7,071 nt of DNA from Adineta steineri (taxonomy: Eukaryota): assembly GCA_905250045.1 (NCBI GenBank), contig CAJNOG010001353.1:12262-19332 (forward strand), written 5' to 3'. A model generated the notes under the pieces. It had not been told where the DNA came from. It saw only the letters and a program-made list of their open reading frames with translations, and made no database searches. The translations under genes and the position numbers were made by a program. Below, in pieces: positions 1-7,071 of this stretch. The first letter of the stretch is position 1, and every line of letters starts with the position of its first letter.

Positions 1-864
1 GTGGAGAACTCATCTATATCAATGAAAAAACGAAGAGATTTATTGATCGCTATATTTTTTTTTCATTCTTAATGTTCGCACAGACCAATCAGAAGACACG
101 AGCAGTCAATAATCGATCGCGTTGATCAGGATTAAAAAAATCGAATTTAAATTTTGAGAAAGTGAATTAAGTCGAATATCATTTAAGTTTCGTGAACATA
201 CGAATATTTCGCCGAAAAAATTTTGCATATAAAAGAAAGCATTGAATTGAAACTTCAGAACAATATGCATTCTATGATTAATCGAATTTTTATCTGATTA
301 TGCAATATTTTTCCCACGTGACATAAAGATTGAGTGCTCTCATTTACACTTGAAATTGATTGGAATCTTAATGATTTACTTAGATTAATTACTAAGAAAT
401 AGTTTATCAGAGAATATCCAATCTGATTTGCTTTTTGCTTTCATTTTTTTTGTACATGAGTAGTACATAATTAACTGTACAATTATCTTCATTCGTTATG
501 AGTTTTATAACGAAATATAAGTCAGACTGTAAAGAAAATCTTTCTCGAATAGAAAGAAACTGTCACAGAAACAGATTTTTAAACATGTGAATATTATTAT
601 TCATTAGATATTTTATATACAACAAAGTAGTATTGAACAAAAATCAACTAATTCGCATTTTCTTTGTTATTGATTTCATGCCGTACAAGAACGAAGCAAC
701 TGTAAATATGTTCTGTAGGAATATCTATTGAATGATAAATACTATTAAAAAGATGCGGTTCATATTCAATATCTTTTTCTTTCTTTGATATTGGTCTATC
801 CATTGTTAGGATATCTTGTTTACTTAAAGAAATATAAAAAAGAAAAATGAAATAATCTGATTAT

Positions 865-1138
865 CTTACGATAAAAAACAAAATGGGAAATTAAGATTGA
901 TAATATACATATAAAAAATCATGATTTACAAACATCCGAATCACTCATAACTTCAAAAGATAAATTTTATTCATATCGCTACTTGAATAGCGGAAATGAA
1001 ATTGTATTGTACCTTGAAATGAAAGAGTAAGTCATAAAAAATTTATCTTTTGGAGTTATCAATGATTCAAGTGTTTGGGAATCATGATTTTTAATATATG
1101 TATTATCGATCTTGATTTCTCATTTTTTTTATCGTGAG
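865..1138. repeat. Imperfect inverted repeat (foldback): arms about 865-970 and about 1036-1138
   Basis: The left arm cttacgataaaaaacaaaatgggaaattaagattgataatatacatataaaaaatcatgatttacaaacatccgaatcactcataacttcaaaagataaatttt aligns to the reverse complement of the right arm, ctcacgataaaaaaaatgagaaatcaagatcgataatacatatattaaaaatcatgattcccaaacacttgaatcattgataactccaaaagataaatttt. One 3-nt gap near the outer end, then about 83% identity ungapped (hand count). Confidence 0.88.
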
Positions 1139-2269
1139 AAAAAATATATATATTTGACTGAACAAGATAAAAAAAAAGTAATCCAAATAAAAATTTCGAA
1201 ATTTTACTAGTCGTCTTCGTTCTCTCGAAGGCAAGAAATCAAAAAAGTGCACATAAACGATTTTTAAACTATATGGATCCAACTAATCTAACAAAGATAC
1301 ATGTAGCTTTGTAAAAAGAAGACTTTTCCTATTTGACACTAGATATCTTATTAAAATTTATTTCTTATTGCATAAACCAGTCACATTAGACAATCATAAT
1401 TTGAAAAGACATGTATTTCTGTTATCGTACCTCCATGATCGTATAAAACCATAGCAAATTCTAAGAAGTTATCCGAATTCAATAGAATTTGATTCTAAAG
1501 ACACTACGAGAGACAGAAATAAATTTATTATTAATATCGTTATAATTTTTAATATTCCTATGTAATAGGTAATCTCCAGGATTTTATTTCAGTAAATATT
1601 CAACTATTATTGCCAAGCAATCAATTGATAAAAATGTACATAATAATGTGAAAAGTTATTAGTTGATATGATGAATGTGAATGTGATATTATTCTATACA
1701 ATTCTAATTATTTTGTTTATATATTTATTTCTCATAGATTTTATGTGTTCGATGATATTCATATCGTTGAATAGTATTTGATGAAGATTCATTCTAAAGA
1801 TAAACAACTGCACTTTTTTTATTATTTATCTAATCTGTGTAATAAGTATAAAATCAGCTGTGCAATACATTTCTGATAATACACAATGCCGATTTATTTC
1901 CTCTTTCAACTGAATACAAAATAACAAAAACATTCTGTTGTCAAAAAAGTTCTATTTTATTGTTCAGGAAGCGTTGTATTTCCTTCATTAAGGCATAATT
2001 TTCGATGTATCCTTAACAAGAATAATATTAAAATTTTTTTGAAACACTTTGTTTTTATATCCTTCCTACAAAATTTCAATATCATGAACATTATTTTATA
2101 TTTACAGTAAATAATACTTGTCATTTCATATCAGTTGTAAAAAAGGAAACGGATTCATTGTTTTTATTTACTGATAATTCTAAATATTGTATTTGCTGCA
2201 TAAATTTTAATAAAAAAGAAAGTTCCCATTGACATCATTATGTAGGCGAGTAGAGAACAAAAAAGAAAC

Positions 2270-3660
2270 AACTTGGTTTTGTTCAATTCAACAGAAGACA
2301 AATATCAATAATAGATAATGATTTGTGAATAATAACAAATGGAAGAAGCAGAAGAATATGTTCTGATATAGTTATCGACAGAATAATGAACAAATTTTAG
2401 AAATTATTCGCAACATTTTTCATCAAATGATTAATAACAAAATAGAAATATTTCTGTAGGATAAAACAAACGAAAAGATTATTTTCCCAATAATGAGTGA
2501 ATGATTCTGATGCTTACTGTATATGATCGTTTTTATGTGAAATATTTATGACAAAACATCACATGTTGATGAAAACAACAAGAACATTTTCTTTTTTCAG
2601 ATTAGTTTTGGATAAAATTTTATCTTTTGTGAATATCGAATTCTATGAGATAACATGTGAAAGTAAATTATATATTTCAGACAACAATTAATAGGATTAT
2701 TTCTATAAAAACAACAATGAATATCAACACTTTTTGAAGGAAATGCAAAGTTTGCTGAGAGAAAAGAATCTATTTTATTATTTTTCATTCATTCATTCAT
2801 TTGAAAGTTTGAAGATTGGAGCTGTAACTAGATGACGGTGTAGATGTGGATGATGTTAACAGGAGACACATTTACACCTTCAAACTATTTCAATGGACTA
2901 TATTTAACTGTAACTTACATGTACTGTGATTTATAGTATTTGAAATTTAATTTTAATAACGAGACAAAATATTCTTTTTCAAATTTAAATTATTTCTAAT
3001 TAAAGAATAAATCTTAGATTACAGTTACACTCACATCCATCCATCCAGAAATCATCGAATATATTAGGATCAGTTATAAAATAGATCTTCTTGTTGACAT
3101 ATTTGTTCTTTCAAATCTATACAAAATAATAAATTCTGTTATCTCTCTGAGAAAACGTTCCATTCTCCTATTTAAATAGTGATTCTCAATGTTTTTCTTT
3201 CTGGTTTAGTCTGATACATATTGCTTTCAAATTCTTTTTCCAAAGTTTCAATATTATAAATATTTATTGTATTTACAACAAATGTTAATTGACATCTGCT
3301 AGAATTTTGTTCACTAATTTACTTCGAAAGAGGAAGAGAATTTATTATTTTTGATGTTGTTTTTCTTGTAGATTTTCCAAAAAAACATACTTTACATTGA
3401 TATTATTGCGTAGAAGAAAAAAACAGTTGTTGTTTTCATAATTATTATTTTTCAACAGCATAGTGAAGAATTTGTAGTCAGTTATTTGAGAATAGCACTG
3501 CAAAATAACTTGTTCTTGTTCAATTTTATTGGGGCGTAAGTGTTAATAAAGCGTGATGATTTGTGAATAATAGAGAAAGAAAGAGTTCTCAACTTCGATG
3601 GATGAAAATGTGTTTTATTTTGATTATTTTCTGATAAAAATAAATTTCAACACTTTTTTT
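2270..3660. repeat. Possible diverged direct duplication: about 2270-2333 with 3507-3571, and about 2695-2740 with 3622-3659
   Basis: aacttggttttgttcaatt (2270) resembles aacttgttcttgttcaatt (3507). atgatttgtgaataat occurs at 2318-2333 and 3556-3571 with near-identical spacing (48 vs 49 nt). gattatttctataaaaacaacaatgaatatcaacacttttt (2695) resembles gattattttctgataaaaataaatttcaacacttttt (3622). Confidence 0.5.
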
Positions 3661-3925
3661 AATGATTTTTTCATTTTTTAGAAAACTGTTTATAAATACT
3701 CTGAAAATTCTTATAAACATATTTGTATATTGATAGTTTTCTTTCGATTGATTTGTAAATAAATGTTTTTCATTATTTTATTTTGAGTCAAATAGTTCTG
3801 CATATTTTTCAACCATAATCTTTTGTTCTCAAGTATTATTCTGGTATCATTTGTTTTTGTTAGATATTTTAGATTATTGATTGTAACAAGGTATTAATTC
3901 AATCTCACACGTGTACAAAATATTT

Positions 3926-3958
3926 ATGATGGGTCGAAATCAAATAGGAGTTTGTGAC
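3926..3958 (+). CDS. Proposed exon 1, start codon ATG at 3926 or 3929 (MMGRNQIGVCD)
   Basis: ATGATGGGTCGAAATCAAATAGGAGTTTGTGAC is followed by a GTAATA donor at 3959. It ends in phase 0, and the next proposed exon opens in phase 0 in the correct frame. Confidence 0.42.
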
Positions 3959-6504
3959 GTAATATATTTATTAATTAACGTTTCATTTTGATGAATCATT
4001 TTAGTCTGAACTGGTTACATCGAATTCTCAACAGATATCAACTGATCAATCAACTTTATTGTAAGTGTTTTATGAATTGTTGAGATTTATAATTAAAAGA
4101 ATTGTTTATTATAGAAGAAAATGTTTAAAAAAAAAGAAAATATTATGGATCATTATTGGTATTATCATTGTTATTTTGATCATAACTATTACAATCGTGA
4201 TTATTAAAACAAAAACAAAAATAACAAAATTATCCATTGTGACATCAGAAACAACAAATGAAGATTTTACAACAACAGCAGGCAATCCAACAACTGAAAA
4301 ATTTACAACAAAAGCTGACAATCCAACGACAGAAGGTATAATATTAATAAAATAAAAAAAGCCAATATTCTTGTCTTTTTCAGTAAATTATTAAAATATT
4401 TTTATGATATGTTAGTGTTGAGTTTATTTTTGAATATTTTATACGAACATTCATAGAGATTAGAGTTTTATCGTTTGATTTTTAGTAGAGACAAACTCTA
4501 AATCATATTTGAATAAAAGAAGATTTACTTATTTTTTCTTCAAAACAACATTCTGTCTTTGTATTAATTGAGTTTCTATTATCATTCTTTACTTTAAAGT
4601 TGCAAGATAAGAGTATAGATTTACAAAACATTCTCATAAGTTTTATAGAATAGAATTGACATATGGAAAATATTTGAGAAATAAAGAAGGAACTTAGAAT
4701 ATTTTTTTCAACAATTATGCTTTGAAAGTTTCTTAATGTGTAATTTTTTCAATGAAATATCTTCTAATCAAATTACAAAGTTGACAAAAGTGAGTCGATC
4801 CTGTATACAGATGAATCTCATGTGACTAAGATATATCAACGTAACATTTCTTATCAAGATTTTGAGTAAATAATACTTCTGAACGTAATTTTGCTACTGC
4901 TTGCATGTACCACGTGACAAATTTTTCCATTCAAAGACGTTCTTGAGAGCGAAGATTTTGAAGATTGATTAAATTGACCATTGATCTATGATTTGGTTTC
5001 TAACACTTGTAGAAGATACATGATGGACTATTTCTTAAGTATTTGAGAGCATCTATACATGAACTGTAGCCACTATATTAGACCATGTGTATCTTGACTA
5101 CGATCTTATAAATCTATACCAGATGTTGATGCAAGATAATAGTATTTTCAAAATTTCGGTAGAAAGCAAATCGAGAATACGCAATGACGTCAGTATAAAT
5201 GTGAGAATCTTTACTCTTGATCACTCATTTATCGATATGTATCATCAATTTAAAAAACAAATTCTCATTCGCTTTTTCGAGAGTAAAATCAAAAGACATT
5301 TTTATTCAGTTTTCTTTTGTGATTTAATATCAATTACTAAAGTTTAATAATCTTTTATCTTCAATTAATTACAAAGATAAATTGTTTTTTTTCCAAAAAT
5401 TGCAAAGATCTTCGATCGAACCATATATTCACAAATTTAACAAATCTTTAAAAAACATTTACATTGTTTTCTTCTCGAACTTTGCAAAAGATCAAATCAA
5501 AATTCTATTCTTTTTGTTCTGATATTTTTATGAAATCGATATTGTTAGACTTTAATTTAATGTGAACTCTTTTTTCTTCCCTGTTAGTACAAAGCAAACC
5601 TAAATGTGACAAATGGAAACAACATGGAATTACTGTTGCTGGAGTAGCTGGACAAACAGGAGATTGGTTAAATCAATTCTCTAATCCTCAGGGGATCTAT
5701 ATTGATGATGATGAAAGCATTTTGATTGCTGATGCTGGAAATCATCGTGTTGTTAAATGGAAAGATAATCCAAACAGTGGTCAAGTCGTTGCAGGTGGCA
5801 TGGAAATAGGACACAGGCCGGACCAACTCCATATGCCACTCGACGTAACTGTTGATAAAAAAAAGAATGTGATAATCGTATGTGATTATGGAAATTGGCG
5901 AGTGACGAGATGGTTTTTTCAAAGTCAAGCAAATCCACAAATTTACATTGATAATATTGCATGTGGCGGTGTCACAATGGACAAAAGTGGGTCTCTTTAT
6001 GTTTCTGATTGGCAAAAGGATGAAGTAACACGATGGAAAGAAGGAGACACATATGGAACAATAGTTGCAGGTGGCAATAGAAAAGGAGAGAATTTTAATC
6101 AACTCTGGAGTCCTTCTTATATCTTCGTCGATAAAGATTATTCTGTTTATGTATCCGATACTCTAAATCATCGTATAATCAAATGGAAAAAAGATGCACA
6201 AGAAGGTATTGTTGTTGCTGGCGGAAATGGAGTTGGAAATCATCTCAATCAATTATTTCATCCTTTTGGAATGATTGTTGATAATTTGGGTCAAATCATT
6301 ATTGCAGACTATGAGAATCATCGAATTATGAAATGGTATGAAGGAGATGCAAACGGTTCAGTTGTAGCTGGTGGAAATGGTGAAGGCGAAAGATCAGATC
6401 AATTACTTTTTCCCAGAGATGTGTCATTTGATATTGAAGGAAATCTTTATGTTACTGATTCTTATAATCATCGAATTCAAAAATATGAACAATGTACGGA
6501 ATAA
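3926..6504 (+). CDS. Spliced gene (4 proposed exons: 3926-3958, 4005-4060, 4115-4335, 5588-6504) for a membrane-anchored NHL-repeat beta-propeller protein, about 408 aa
   Basis: The joined exons total 1227 nt (409 codons including TAA), with no internal stop. Introns are GT..AG with phases 0, 2 and 1 that preserve the frame. The joined N-terminus reads MMGRNQIGVCD|SELVTSNSQQISTDQSTLL|RKCLKKKKILWIIIGIIIVILIITITIVIIKTKTKITKLSIVTSETTNEDFTTTAGNPTTEKFTTKADNPTTE|VQSKPKCDKWKQHGITVAGV..., followed by six NHL-like blades. The 3' portion is strong. The 5' exons are inferred from splice-site logic only. Confidence 0.72.
4005..4060 (+). CDS. Proposed exon 2 (SELVTSNSQQISTDQSTL + 2 nt)
   Basis: Preceded by a good acceptor (ATCATTTTAG|TCT) and followed by a consensus donor (TT|GTAAGT at 4061). 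There is no ATG in this frame between the upstream stop at 4002 and 4060, so an upstream exon is required. Confidence 0.5.
4061..4114 (+). other. Short intron, 54 bp
   Basis: GTAAGT...TTGTTTATTATAG. Phase 2. Removing it replaces the GTG pseudo-start of the 4065 ORF with a coherent upstream exon. Confidence 0.55.
4115..4335 (+). CDS. Exon 3: Lys-rich juxtamembrane segment, single transmembrane helix and Thr-rich stalk
   Basis: In the frame of ORF 4065-4355: RKCLKKKKILWIIIGIIIVILIITITIVIIKTKTKITKLSIVTSETTNEDFTTTAGNPTTEKFTTKADNPTTE. A roughly 22-residue hydrophobic stretch (about 4140-4205) follows KKKK, suggesting a type II topology. The exon ends at AAG|GTATAA. Confidence 0.75.
4263..4334 (+). 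repeat. Two tandem 36-nt units encoding DFTTTAGNPTTE / KFTTKADNPTTE
   Basis: Units 4263-4298 and 4299-4334 match at about 29/36 nt by hand alignment. The second unit ends one base before the exon boundary. Confidence 0.8.
4336..5587 (+). other. Large intron, 1252 bp, phase 1
   Basis: Donor AG|GTATAA at 4336 and acceptor TTTTTTCTTCCCTGTTAG at 5587 with a good pyrimidine tract. The split codon G|TA joins the stalk frame to the NHL frame. No strong coding signal inside. Confidence 0.75.
5588..6504 (+). CDS. Exon 4: NHL-repeat beta-propeller domain to stop codon TAA (6502-6504)
   Basis: Open from 5588. It reads VQSKPKCDKWKQHGITVAGVAGQTGDWLNQFSNPQGIYIDDDESILIADAGNHRVVKWKDNPNSGQVVAGG... and continues into the supplied 5722-6504 ORF, whose 'M' is a TTG rather than a real start. 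Repeated motifs: VVAGG/IVAGG, NQL..P, (V/I)D, (I/L)(Y/I)(V/I)(A/S)D, NHRI(I/M/Q)KW. Confidence 0.94.
5623..6504 (+). other. Six successive NHL-like blades
   Basis: Blade starts are approximately HGITVAG.., MEIGHRPDQL.., VTMDKSGSLYVSDW.., NRKGENFNQL.., NGVGNHLNQL.. and NGEGERSDQL... Each carries a D-x-x-x-x-(I/L)-x-(V/I)-(A/S/T)-D-like core, though blade 2 is atypical (VCDYGNWRVTRW). Confidence 0.85.
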
Positions 6505-6561
6505 AATTAAAAAATTGTTTTTTTGAAGATAATTAAATTGTGAAATAATATAATTCATCGA

Positions 6562-6594
6562 AATAAAAAATACAATCATTCGATTTTGAATAAA
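6562..6594 (+). promoter_or_regulatory. Candidate polyadenylation signals (AATAAA at 6562-6567 and 6589-6594)
   Basis: Two canonical hexamers 60-90 nt after the stop codon. The motif is common in AT-rich DNA, so support is weak. Confidence 0.35.
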
Positions 6595-6801
6595 AACTTT
6601 TTTTTGAAAAGTATATTTACTTTAGTTTATGAATTATTAAACATAAATGTAAGCTGTAATTGTTTCTAGAGAAGTCTTTTTTGACGTGTGAGAGATAATT
6701 AAGTTGTTCTCGTAGAAGTTTAATATGGATAATCTATTGTTTCTAACTTCAGATTCGAATGAAATTTGCGAAGAAGATTTTGATGATAAGATTAACCTAA
6801 A

Positions 6802-6853
6802 CATCTTGAGGGTGTGGGTGATTTTATTATATCACACTCACACCCTCAAGATG
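6802..6853. repeat. Compact hairpin: 19-bp arms, 14-nt loop
   Basis: catcttgagggtgtgggtg (6802-6820), then attttattatatca, then cactcacaccctcaagatg (6835-6853). The arms are complementary except at one position, which would be G.U in plus-strand RNA. Confidence 0.92.
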
Positions 6854-7071
6854 GTTTTCTTTCAATATAAATATAATTACAGATAATAATAAATAAATAG
6901 AATACATTGCTAAACAAAGATACAACATCGATAATCTTCTATAATAAACCTTTTTTCTTCTTCAAGCTCTGTTCCGTTTATTTGTTTGATGAATAATCAT
7001 TAGTATTCAGATTTTCTTTCATGTCATAATAATATAAAATAATGTTTAATGAGGAACCATTTGTTCATTTA

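Noticed and set aside
22-72. MKKRRDLLIAIFFFHS*, a signal-peptide-like start at the left edge that could continue as SFLMFAQTNQKTRA in another frame across a T9 run
   Set aside because: Too short, needs an unproven indel or splice, and both continuations stop quickly.
2597-2788. 63-aa minus-strand ORF
   Set aside because: Short, biased to K/I/N/F/Y, and overlaps a possibly repetitive noncoding segment.
4109-4321. 70-aa minus-strand ORF
   Set aside because: Hydrophobic and Val/Ile-rich only because it is the complement of the transmembrane and stalk coding region.
2809-5031. Shared words tttgaagattg and atggactat near 2809-2901 and 4958-5031, considered as another repeat pair
   Set aside because: Spacing differs (about 84 vs 65 nt) and intervening sequence does not align convincingly by eye.
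5087-5347. 86-aa plus-strand ORF inside the large intron
   Set aside because: Starts at GTG, shows no recognisable domain and has a composition typical of AT-rich noncoding DNA. It could still hide an alternative exon but is unsupported from sequence alone.
5668-6102. 144-aa minus-strand ORF, plus the 69-aa minus-strand ORF at 5753-5962
   Set aside because: Antisense to the well-supported NHL exon. The sense strand has clear repeat-family periodicity, and these are shadow ORFs.
6811-6820. ggtgtgggtg contains TGTGGG, the hexamer I recall as the telomeric repeat of a bdelloid rotifer
   Set aside because: Only one copy, embedded in a hairpin arm, with no tandem array. It is not evidence of a telomere or telomere-associated element.
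1-7071. Prokaryotic defence system, CRISPR array, integrase or mobile-element protein
   Set aside because: No arrays of direct repeats with spacers and no long prokaryote-like ORFs. The only gene needs GT-AG splicing, so the window is eukaryotic.

Overview
AT-rich, intron-containing eukaryotic DNA. The one well-supported gene is on the + strand at about 3926-6504. It encodes a predicted membrane-anchored protein: a short cytoplasmic head, a Lys-rich flank with a transmembrane helix, a Thr-rich stalk, and an extracellular six-blade NHL-type beta-propeller. The blade consensus ('..VVAGGNGxGxxxNQLxxPxgixvDxxgxiyvaDxxNHRIxKW..') and the short introns resemble the expanded NHL families of bdelloid rotifers; that assignment is from memory, not from a search. 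The ORF track gives only GTG/TTG pseudo-starts for this gene. Splice sites with matching phases join four exons (3926-3958, 4005-4060, 4115-4335, 5588-6504) into a continuous 408-aa reading frame. Two introns are very short (46 and 54 bp) and one is about 1.25 kb. The other roughly 3.9 kb upstream shows no convincing coding sequence. It does contain an imperfect foldback of about 105-bp arms (865-1138), possibly part of a larger decayed inverted repeat (about 672-1240), and two similar blocks in direct orientation (about 2270-2740 and 3507-3660). Downstream of the gene is a compact 19-bp-arm hairpin (6802-6853), GC-rich relative to its surroundings. I found no CRISPR array, rRNA, tRNA or recognisable transposase. 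All alignments were done by eye.
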